Shown here piece by piece: positions 15,063-22,452 of a stretch of DNA of 27,114 nucleotides. Position numbers and translations under genes: made by a program. How positions within the stretch are numbered: the stretch's first letter is position 1; each line of letters opens with the position of its first letter. The notes beneath the pieces were generated by a model. That model was not told where the DNA came from, did not search any database, and saw only the letters and a list, made by a program, of their open reading frames with translations. This stretch comes from Oscillospiraceae bacterium (lineage in GTDB: Bacteria > Bacillota > Clostridia > Oscillospirales > Ruminococcaceae), in contig JAZQBN010000050.1 in NCBI GenBank assembly GCA_045545795.1, positions 1 through 27,114 on the forward strand, in the 5' to 3' direction.

Positions 15063-15109
15063 CGACAAAAAGCCCGCAAACCTCGGTATTACCGTAGTTT
15101 GCGGGCTTT
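15063..15109 (-). terminator. Rho-independent terminator immediately downstream of the tRNA fragment
   Basis: 13-bp perfect stem AAAGCCCGCAAAC / GTTTGCGGGCTTT. On the - strand it runs into TTTTT. Confidence 0.7.
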
Positions 15110-15113
15110 AATG

Positions 15114-15158
15114 TGGCAGGGGCAGTAAGATTCGAACTCACGACACGCGGTTTTGGAG
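15114..15158 (-). tRNA. Truncated tRNA-Trp(CCA): 3' 45 nt only (anticodon loop to CCA end), likely an att-site core remnant
   Basis: - strand reads CTCCAAAACCGCGTGTCGTGAGTTCGAATCTTACTGCCCCTGCCA. This gives a CUCCAAA anticodon loop, a GTGAG/CTTAC T-stem with TTCGAAT loop, the acceptor 3' strand and CCA. The upstream sequence cannot form the anticodon stem, D-arm or acceptor 5' strand. Confidence 0.8.
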
Positions 15159-15207
15159 TTTTAAATTGTCCGTTTCACAATATGTTGTATCTTGGCGAAA
15201 ATGGCTG

Positions 15208-15430
15208 TTTTGTGTGAATTTTCTTATTCAATGTTGTTGAGCTGTTTTGCATCGTTTTGGCTCTTTTTGAAGGTAAATTCACACAAAACTCACACAAAAC
15301 GTGAGTTAGCCTAATTCACGGCATGCGGTATTCGCAACCGCTTTTTTACTCTATCGTGCAGCCTCATAATTTCGCTAAACTACTCACACAATTACTCACA
15401 CAAACACTTTAGCTATATTTTATTCACACC
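15208..15430. repeat. Cluster of (A/T)(C/T)TCACAC(A)A motifs (candidate integrase arm-type sites)
   Basis: TCACACAAAA at 15279 and 15290 (11-bp spacing). ACTCACACAA at 15382 and 15394. TTCACACC at 15423. An inverted copy at 15208-15218. Further copies at 14362 and 14418. Confidence 0.6.
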
Positions 15431-15456
15431 AATTTCAAAGTCAACCTTTCAATAAT

Positions 15457-15488
15457 AAATCCCATTAAACTGCTGTTCAATGGGATTT
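15457..15488 (-). terminator. Hairpin just downstream of integrase 2 (weak T tract)
   Basis: AAATCCCATT / AATGGGATTT 10-bp stem, 5 nt after the stop codon. Confidence 0.5.
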
Positions 15489-15493
15489 ATACA

Positions 15494-16867
15494 CTATTGC
15501 AGTGCGTTTTTTCTTTTTATCGGAAGAACCGATTGTATCATCTGAGCCGTTGCTGCATCCGCAGATGCTATTGCATGAGCATATATCCTGCTCGTTGTTG
15601 CTGACGTACTATGCCCTAATCTCTTTGCCGTAGTAGTAATCGGTACACCGTTAGAAATCATAATTGATGCACAAGTATGACGCAGTGAATGTACAGAAAC
15701 TTCAGGCAGATTATTTTCTCTTACAAATTGATAAAACCAAGCTGACACCGTACCCGGATTGATTGGTTTCCCATTATTTGCAGTAAATACCTTGCCGCTT
15801 TCAATCCAACTGCCCTCCATCTTCGCCGCTTCACTTTCCTGCCACAGCTTGAAATCTTTAAGCATATCAATAACATCTTGTCCAACCTTAATTATCCTTC
15901 TTGAAGAATAAGTTTTTGTATCATTTTCAAATATGCCTTTTTCCGGGAGATAAAGCAGGGTACGGCAGATATTGATAGTACAGTTGTTAAAATCAATATC
16001 CTCCCAATTCAAGCCGCAAGCTTCTCCCCTTCTCATTCCTGTTAAAAGTATAAGCGGGATTATAACATCGAATGGGTGTGGAGCTTTTTCAAGTACAACA
16101 TTCATAAGTTCTTCAGCTTGGTCATCTTCAAGATACTTTGCTTCTTTACGCTCTACTCTTGGTGCTTTAGTACGCTTACAAGGATTATCGTGTATAATTT
16201 CGTCATATACAGCAGACTGCATTATAGTTGATATAAGTCTATGATGATGAAGGATTGTACGGTCTGAAAGCATCACCTCTGTTGTATCAAAAAGTTTGCC
16301 TACCTCAGCATTAAAATATTCAGCAAATTTGCTCGCAGTTTCAATGCTTATACTCTTTCCTGCTCTTATGCAATCTATCGTGGTGGTTGATACACCCGTT
16401 TTTTCTGCAAGTTCAGGACGGGTTTCTTCCTTGCTCAACCTTATCGCTTCATTATTTGGTGTGCATTTTACATCTTCCCTTTTGGTTTCACGAAGGTTAT
16501 CATAAAACGAATACAAATGAAAAGGTTGAATCTGTGCCATTTTCAAGTGTCCTAAAGCAGGAAGAATGCGTTTGAGCATCCCTTTATACCTTGTAAATGT
16601 AGTTGGCTTTATCTCGTTCTCAACTCTTGGCAACCATATGTTATTAACGTATTTTGCCATAATCATATTGTTATCGAGAACTAAACCTTTTAAACAAAGT
16701 TCTTCAAACTGCAAAGCTACCTTTTCCAGCTCTTTTTCAATCTGTTTCTCTGTCATTTTGCTATTGGGCTTCCAAGTCATATTTTTTATTACCCTTTTGC
16801 CTTGAATCGTTTCGCCGCAATAACAACGAATTGTGTAACTATCACCACGCTTTGATATTTGTGCCAT
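15494..16867 (-). CDS. Tyrosine integrase (module 2), 457 aa, with an XRE-type HTH inserted in the N-terminal core-binding region
   Basis: Catalytic region HSLRHTCASIMISNGVPITTTAKRLGHSTSATTSRIYAH and RRGEACGLNWEDID. Inserted segment LAEKTGVSTTTIDCIRAGKSISIETASKFAEYFNAEVGKLF. Confidence 0.92.
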   Translation of the reverse strand: MAQISKRGDSYTIRCYCGETIQGKRVIKNMTWKPNSKMTEKQIEKELEKVALQFEELCLKGLVLDNNMIMAKYVNNIWLPRVENEIKPTTFTRYKGMLKRILPALGHLKMAQIQPFHLYSFYDNLRETKREDVKCTPNNEAIRLSKEETRPELAEKTGVSTTTIDCIRAGKSISIETASKFAEYFNAEVGKLFDTTEVMLSDRTILHHHRLISTIMQSAVYDEIIHDNPCKRTKAPRVERKEAKYLEDDQAEELMNVVLEKAPHPFDVIIPLILLTGMRRGEACGLNWEDIDFNNCTINICRTLLYLPEKGIFENDTKTYSSRRIIKVGQDVIDMLKDFKLWQESEAAKMEGSWIESGKVFTANNGKPINPGTVSAWFYQFVRENNLPEVSVHSLRHTCASIMISNGVPITTTAKRLGHSTSATTSRIYAHAIASADAATAQMIQSVLPIKRKNALQ

Positions 16868-17094
16868 AATATCACTATCCTTTCAAAACACTTGACGTTC
16901 CGAAAGAAAAATGCTAAAATTAACCTTGTCGATGTAATGTAACATTTCCTTTCGGACTTTCAGTTGCATTGCTCAACATTGCCTTTCGTGCTGCGAACAC
17001 GGAGGGCAATTTCTTACATAATTAATTATACCATACCGTCAAGCATTTGTCAACGCTTTAAAGCGCTAAATCGTAATTTTGCAACAAACATTTC

Positions 17095-17286
17095 TTATTT
17101 CGTTGCAGTGTTTCCCAGCACAACCGATAACAAAGCTTCCTTTGACATAAGAATTTTGTTGCCCGACATAAAAATTGGAATTATCCCGTCTTTCACCATC
17201 TTGCGGATACGATATTCCGATAATCCGTCAATCATAGCTGCGGCTTCTCGTACTGTTAAAAGTCTAATTTTTTCTGTGTTTTCCAT
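17095..17286 (-). CDS. Excisionase/HTH_17 DNA-binding protein (module 2)
   Basis: LLTVREAAAMIDGLSEYRIRKMVKDGIIPIFMSGNKILM. I chose the second ATG, 9 nt after GGAG. Confidence 0.75.
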   Translation of the reverse strand: MENTEKIRLLTVREAAAMIDGLSEYRIRKMVKDGIIPIFMSGNKILMSKEALLSVVLGNTATK

Positions 17287-17526
17287 AAACATTCTCTCCT
17301 TATTTTACATTATTTACTGTTGACAGCCATTTTTCAAAGACACGCATACAACGCTACAGTTCCTCCGTTTCATTGTTTACCATTAACGGGTTATACAATA
17401 ATGTATTATATCTCTTACGCTGTATGATTAAATTTTCAAGATGCTTTAAGGTACTATTTAATACTATTTGGTATTGTCTTGTATCCTTGCATATTATTCT
17501 ATCACATATTATTTGTTTTGTGAACT

Positions 17527-17693
17527 GACACACCGTGTCCGCCATTGTCAAAATGCTCAAATGCTTTTATCACTGACAATTCCCCTGCATAATTATCTGC
17601 TCACACATATCAGATTATAAGTTTATAGCTATCAATAACATAAATATTGACACTTTGGGCGGACACAGCGTGTCCGCCCCACTGTCAAAATGC
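17527..17693. repeat. Two ~31-bp direct repeats (GACAC..GTGTCCGCC..TGTCAAAATGCT); the second contains a perfect 21-bp palindrome
   Basis: Copies at 17527-17557 and 17661-17693. Palindrome GGCGGACAC-AGC-GTGTCCGCC at 17658-17678. Confidence 0.7.
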
Positions 17694-17726
17694 TGAGTAA
17701 AAAATTCAAAGAATAATTTGGTGCTT

Positions 17727-18146
17727 TTATACAAGAGGATTGTATCCATTCGATACAAGAATATCATTGCAATCCTTTACAGTAAGATTACTGCAATAAG
17801 CATTACATAAAAACAAAAAATATAAATTATGTTCGTATGTAGGTGTCAGTGATAAGCCTGCAAGATTTATAAGGTGTAAAGACCTTTTCAGACACAGCCC
17901 CAGTCCAACACAAAGAGCTACTATCGTTTTAATATCCTTGCCACGGTTTTCATTCCGATACCTTCTTATCGTTCTCTCAGTAACTCCACTTCGCATAGAA
18001 AGCTCTGATACACTCATACCAACATTTTCAATATAAAAAGAAAAGGCTGTTTTAAAATCCAACTCACTGACGTCCTTGCTTACCGCAAGTGACATATCCT
18101 CGGATTTAAAACAGCCGGCATTAATTATTATTTTTTTCGTATTCAT
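17727..18146 (-). CDS. XRE-family HTH transcriptional regulator (about 140 aa)
   Basis: MSVSELSMRSGVTERTIRRYRNENRGKDIKTIVALCVGLGL. I chose the ATG at 18146, 9 nt after GGAG. Confidence 0.75.
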   Translation of the reverse strand: MNTKKIIINAGCFKSEDMSLAVSKDVSELDFKTAFSFYIENVGMSVSELSMRSGVTERTIRRYRNENRGKDIKTIVALCVGLGLCLKRSLHLINLAGLSLTPTYEHNLYFLFLCNAYCSNLTVKDCNDILVSNGYNPLV

Positions 18147-18249
18147 AGCAAAAATCTCCTTATTTTTTATCAACGAACATCTGAAGGAGTTCACTATGGT
18201 CCGCTGATTGTAGCGAGATATTCTGCTATTGTCACATTATATACCCCCA

Positions 18250-18309
18250 ATAAAAAACACCGAAGGCAACCTGAACACAATAAATTGTGAACAGATAGTC
18301 TTCGGTGTT
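18250..18309 (-). terminator. Two-tier hairpin followed by TTTTTTA on the - strand
   Basis: AACACCGAAG / CTTCGGTGTT outer stem and CACAAT/ATTGTG inner stem, with the T-run on the - strand. Confidence 0.6.
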
Positions 18310-18455
18310 CAAAATTACAGGTATGCTCACAATTCAATATATAACTAAATATGAGAAAAAACTTCTGTATTTTTCTTTCCCATATTCTATTGAATTTTCT
18401 TTAGTTCAACCGTTATAATTTAGTTCTCGATTCTATCATACAATACTTATGAATG

Positions 18456-18499
18456 CAAAAAAGCGTCAGCTGCCCAATCAAAATTTGGCAACGACGCTT
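18456..18499 (-). terminator. Probable terminator downstream of the glycopolymer operon
   Basis: AAGCGTC / GACGCTT plus TGCC/GGCA stems, then TTTTTT on the - strand. It lies about 360 nt after the tarJ-like stop. Confidence 0.5.
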
Positions 18500-18859
18500 A
18501 ACTTTATTTTGTATATAACAATTTTATTTTTTACATTACCTTCTTCCTGAACCAACATAATCTGTTCCCTTTACAAGTTATTCTACTATTCTTCCGGTAA
18601 TCCTTTGCCTGTTGTCAGATGTTTTTTCCACTGTCTTTATTTTTTACAAAATCAATCAGATAGGACATTTACACCTGCTTAGTCTCTCATAACCGAACTC
18701 CAAGGCAAGAAATATAAACAAAACAGGCAAAAGTGGTTTGTTGCGCACAAACATTTACCGTCTGGTGACAATGCTTGAGCACCTGTACAGGTTTTTTCTG
18801 TTATATCCTCCAAATTTAGAGTTGTGGAGCTATTGAGGAAACACTATTTATGTTAATTG

Positions 18860-19906
18860 CTATACAATTGTCAACACCTTCAAGAACCCCTCCGACTTAT
18901 CTCGCATAATACGCAAGCCCTTATCAAGCCCAGCCATATCAAGCCTGTGAGAAATAATCTGTTCGGGGTGAATTTTCTCCTCCGCAAGCTTGCCAAGCAC
19001 ATAGTGCCAGTCGTCACTTTCCTCCTCGGTAAAGCTTGAGTTCCAGCTTCCTGTAACAGTAAGCTGATTACGGAGAATTTTCCAGTAAGTATTCTTATCA
19101 AATGCAACATCGCCGTAAGGATTGCCCACAAGCATAACCTTTCCGCCTGCCGCAGTATTATTAACAGCCTGGTTTATAGTTTCATTCTTACCAACGCACT
19201 CAAAGAATACGTCAGCACCATTCTTGTTTGTCTTTTCAGTAAGCCATTCATCAACATTTACAGCCCTCAAATAACAGAAATTATCCTCTGCAACTCCAAG
19301 CTTAACCGCCGTGTCACGCTGAAAATCCTTGTTGCCCACAACAAGAACATTCTTGACACCCATTTCAAGCAGAAACATAACAATCAGCATACCAATCGTG
19401 CCAAGTCCGCACACTACAACCGTGTCACTTGCTTTTGGCTCAACACGCCTTATTGCGTGTACCGCAACAGCCATAGGCTCAAGCATTGCCGCTTGCTCAA
19501 AGGTTACATTATCAGGCAATTCAAGCAGATTTCTTTCCGGCACAGCAACATATTCAGCAAATCCACCATTCTGACGCGATCCGAGATAACTGTATTTCTT
19601 ACACATTTCAAACTGTTTGTTTTTACAAGGGATACACTCTCCGCAAGGAATAAGCGGAAAAATTCCAACACGTTTGCCAAGCCATTTGCTATCTGTATTT
19701 GCACCTAACGCTTCAACTTGTCCTGCAAACTCATGACCTGTAATTAGCGGATAAAAATATGCTCCGCTTGTATAAATTCTTGGAATATCTGAACCACATA
19801 TTCCTGCTGCCTTAACCTTGACAATAACCTCATTTTCTTTTGCTTCGGGAATTGCCGTATCCTCAAAACGAATATCATTTATATTATGTAAAATCCACGC
19901 TTTCAT
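18860..19906 (-). CDS. tarJ: Zn-dependent MDR alcohol dehydrogenase, TarJ-like (ribulose-5-P reductase/ribitol-5-P dehydrogenase)
   Basis: GICGSDI and GHEFAG zinc-ADH motifs and a GLGTIG Rossmann motif. Its start overlaps the stop of the cytidylyltransferase gene (ATGA). The specific substrate is inferred from that pairing. Confidence 0.75.
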   Translation of the reverse strand: MKAWILHNINDIRFEDTAIPEAKENEVIVKVKAAGICGSDIPRIYTSGAYFYPLITGHEFAGQVEALGANTDSKWLGKRVGIFPLIPCGECIPCKNKQFEMCKKYSYLGSRQNGGFAEYVAVPERNLLELPDNVTFEQAAMLEPMAVAVHAIRRVEPKASDTVVVCGLGTIGMLIVMFLLEMGVKNVLVVGNKDFQRDTAVKLGVAEDNFCYLRAVNVDEWLTEKTNKNGADVFFECVGKNETINQAVNNTAAGGKVMLVGNPYGDVAFDKNTYWKILRNQLTVTGSWNSSFTEEESDDWHYVLGKLAEEKIHPEQIISHRLDMAGLDKGLRIMRDKSEGFLKVLTIV

Positions 19907-20583
19907 ATCTCTATAATCTCCTTGAATTTCTCCAAATCAGATTTTGTTGTTATCTTAAAATTTTTCTCATCGCCGTCAATCATTACGACATCAAGCCCTG
20001 CAATAATTGCAGGCTCTGTTGACCCATTTATCAATAATATTTTTTCAGGCAATAATGACTTATTTGCTGTAATGTATTTGCCAAGCCTAAATGCTTCAGG
20101 TGCTTGTCCTGCATAAATTTTGCTTCGTTCAACAAGTTCTGAAATACATTTGCCATCGTTGCTGAAATAAACGGTATCCTTCATAGGCAACACAGGCAAC
20201 ACCCCATCATGTTGCTTCAATTCTTTAAAACACTTTGTTATCATTTCTGCAGAAACAAGAGGTCTTGCTGCATCATGAATTATCACGCAATCATCATCGG
20301 ATGAATATTCTTTTACATCACAAAGACCGTTATAAATCGATAGCTGACGAGTTGCGCCCGGTAATGAAAATCCTTTGAATTTATCAGAATTAATATACTT
20401 CAAAATATATTCGTGCCACATTTCATCTGCAACAATCTGAATTACATCAACTTTATCGTGATTGAAAAACATTTCAAAACAATATGCAATTATCGGCTTA
20501 CCGCATACTTCTATATACTGTTTCGGAATATCACAACCAAGCCGTGTTCCTGTTCCGCCGGCAAGAATAATAGCTATGTTCAT
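19903..20583 (-). CDS. tarI: IspD/TarI-family cytidylyltransferase (ribitol-5-phosphate cytidylyltransferase-like)
   Basis: ILAGGTGTRLG...PKQY N-terminus plus IHDAARP. I chose the ATG at 20583 (MNIAIILAGG) over the long 20676 extension. Confidence 0.8.
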   Translation of the reverse strand: MNIAIILAGGTGTRLGCDIPKQYIEVCGKPIIAYCFEMFFNHDKVDVIQIVADEMWHEYILKYINSDKFKGFSLPGATRQLSIYNGLCDVKEYSSDDDCVIIHDAARPLVSAEMITKCFKELKQHDGVLPVLPMKDTVYFSNDGKCISELVERSKIYAGQAPEAFRLGKYITANKSLLPEKILLINGSTEPAIIAGLDVVMIDGDEKNFKITTKSDLEKFKEIIEI

Positions 20584-20629
20584 CAGAATTTCAACTCCAT
20601 TCAAATTGTAAATATATGATGATTTTAAT

Positions 20630-21712
20630 TTATTTATCAGTAAAATCAAATTCTTCGAAATCAGAATAAGATTCAAACAACTTTTCTGTATCCCGTTTCC
20701 AAGCTATTCTTTTTATTACTTTTCCGGGAATACCAACAATACAACTATTGTTAGGATATTCTTTTATCACCATTGAATGTGCTCCTACCATTGATCCGCT
20801 TCCTATAACTGCACCGCTCATAATAGTTGAAAACATACCTAACCAAACATGTTTTTTTATTTTAACATCTCTATTTGCTTTCAAGTTAATATTTTCTAAT
20901 TTTTCAATATCAAATAAATTATGACCATTTCCGGATCTTATAGTTACAAACCTGCTGATCATACAATCATCTTCTATCGATATATTACTGTATGTTGCTA
21001 CTATATATGTATGCTCTGCTCCCGAACAATTATTTCCTATTTCAATAATTGATGAATGTCCTGCATCTATTATGCATTGTCCGTAATTTATAAAATCGTG
21101 CCCAAAATTAATTGTGCTGCCATAATTAGATGAAATTGATGTATTGCTTTTTAAATCGCACCTATCACCTATAATTACTTTGCTGTTATTACTCGACTCA
21201 ATTATACAATCATCAATTATTGCGTCGTTACCTATTATCACTTCCGATCCGTTGCACGCCTTGATTTCAGTCGAGTTACTAATACTGCAATTTTTACCGA
21301 TAATGATTTTTGAACCATTTGACAAAATACCAATACAGGACCCCCCCGATTTCCATAAGTTACCATAAGCATCACTGTATGCACTGCAGTTATGTATTTT
21401 GCATTGTCTCGATGGATATAGAAATGTTTTAAACTCTTCATATCCATAGCTTTTCAGATACTCAATTATATCTTCATAAAAACCTTGAAGACCTATATAA
21501 ACAAAATATTCATCATCACCAACTATATCTCTGTCGTAGCATGAGTAATTATTATACTCTTTTATCTTTTTTGCTTGTTTATCTATATATCCGGCAATTT
21601 GTATTTTATGTTTTTCAAGCATAGATAAAATGCCATCTGTTTTACAGCTCGCACCCCATATCAATACTTTTCGACCGCTTTGTTTTATAATAGACAACAT
21701 TTGTTCGTTCAA
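20630..21712 (-). CDS. Hexapeptide-repeat (left-handed beta-helix) acyl/acetyltransferase with an N-terminal Rossmann-like domain
   Basis: Long runs of [LIV]G-x4 hexapeptide periodicity, e.g. IIGKNCSISNSTEI, IIGNDAIIDDCII, IIGDRCDL. C-terminal GAHSMVIKEYPNNSCIVGIPGKVIK. The start is either TTG at 21712 (9 nt after GGGG) or ATG at 21700. Confidence 0.75.
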   Translation of the reverse strand: MNEQMLSIIKQSGRKVLIWGASCKTDGILSMLEKHKIQIAGYIDKQAKKIKEYNNYSCYDRDIVGDDEYFVYIGLQGFYEDIIEYLKSYGYEEFKTFLYPSRQCKIHNCSAYSDAYGNLWKSGGSCIGILSNGSKIIIGKNCSISNSTEIKACNGSEVIIGNDAIIDDCIIESSNNSKVIIGDRCDLKSNTSISSNYGSTINFGHDFINYGQCIIDAGHSSIIEIGNNCSGAEHTYIVATYSNISIEDDCMISRFVTIRSGNGHNLFDIEKLENINLKANRDVKIKKHVWLGMFSTIMSGAVIGSGSMVGAHSMVIKEYPNNSCIVGIPGKVIKRIAWKRDTEKLFESYSDFEEFDFTDK

Positions 21713-21776
21713 CTTTTATTTCCCCTTTTAATACATCTCAATCATTACAGCGCACTTATTTTAGACAATTTGTAAA

Positions 21777-22439
21777 TCAGAATTTTGAGTTTCTTATATT
21801 TTGAAGTATTTCACCATACGGCTTTTCCTTGCCAAAAAGAAGAGTTGTACCAAGTACAAAACCGTCAACGCCCATTGGTGCAAATTCCTTAATTTTATCA
21901 GCACCGCAAGCACCGTCCCAATGCACCTCAAAGCCCATTTCCTCTTTAAGCTCAATAAGGCGCTTCACCTTTTCTCCGACATAAGGCAAATACATCTGAC
22001 CTGCATTACCAGGATTTACAGCCATTACAAGCACTTTTTTTACAATACGAAGCATTTCGTACACCGTTTCAATGCTTGTACCGGGGTTGATTGCAATACC
22101 CGGTATCATTCCTGCGTCAATGATTTTTTGCAAGGTTGTGGAAGGGTGATACTCTGCTTCGGGGTGGATATACACCGTGTCACCCTTATTAAGACAATCC
22201 GTAAACAACTTAACGCTGTTGTTGGGATGCTCAATCATAAGATGAACGTCAAGAGGCTTGTATGTAAGTGAACGTATACAGCGCATATCGTTCAATGACA
22301 TTGCAAAGTTCGGCACATATCTGCCGTCCATTATGTCAATGTGAAAGGAATCTATTCCGCCCGCTTCAAGCTCACGGACTTCCTTTTCAAGATTTCTGTA
22401 GTTTGCGCACATCATTGATGCGGTTAGTTCGAATGGCAT
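21777..22439 (-). CDS. Ribulose-phosphate 3-epimerase family protein (Rpe/AlsE-like)
   Basis: SMMCANY...FHIDIMDGRYVPNF...LDVHLM...NPGNAGQ...DG motifs. I chose the ATG at 22439, 7 nt after GGAGG. Confidence 0.85.
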   Translation of the reverse strand: MPFELTASMMCANYRNLEKEVRELEAGGIDSFHIDIMDGRYVPNFAMSLNDMRCIRSLTYKPLDVHLMIEHPNNSVKLFTDCLNKGDTVYIHPEAEYHPSTTLQKIIDAGMIPGIAINPGTSIETVYEMLRIVKKVLVMAVNPGNAGQMYLPYVGEKVKRLIELKEEMGFEVHWDGACGADKIKEFAPMGVDGFVLGTTLLFGKEKPYGEILQNIRNSKF

Positions 22440-22452
22440 ATCATTTCCTCCT

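Larger units (their letters stand above)
10865..18146. mobile_element. Composite integrative-element region: two convergent Xis-Int modules, a tRNA-Trp att remnant and repeat-rich non-coding DNA. True element boundaries are not defined.
   Basis: Two xis-like/int gene pairs face each other, and a 3' tRNA fragment lies 335 bp beyond the end of integrase 2. No second core copy is found in the window. Confidence 0.55.

Noticed and set aside
15114-15190. Possible complete tRNA-Trp gene.
   Set aside because: Only the 3' 45 nt fit a tRNA. The sequence 5' of the anticodon loop (…GGACAATTTAAAA) cannot pair with ACCGC to form the anticodon stem, and no D-arm or 5' acceptor strand exists. It is a fragment.
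17354-17560. 68-aa ORF between xis2 and the HTH regulator.
   Set aside because: It uses an alternative start inside a duplicated non-coding repeat, and the second repeat copy encodes a similar but non-ORF peptide. It has no RBS and low-complexity content.
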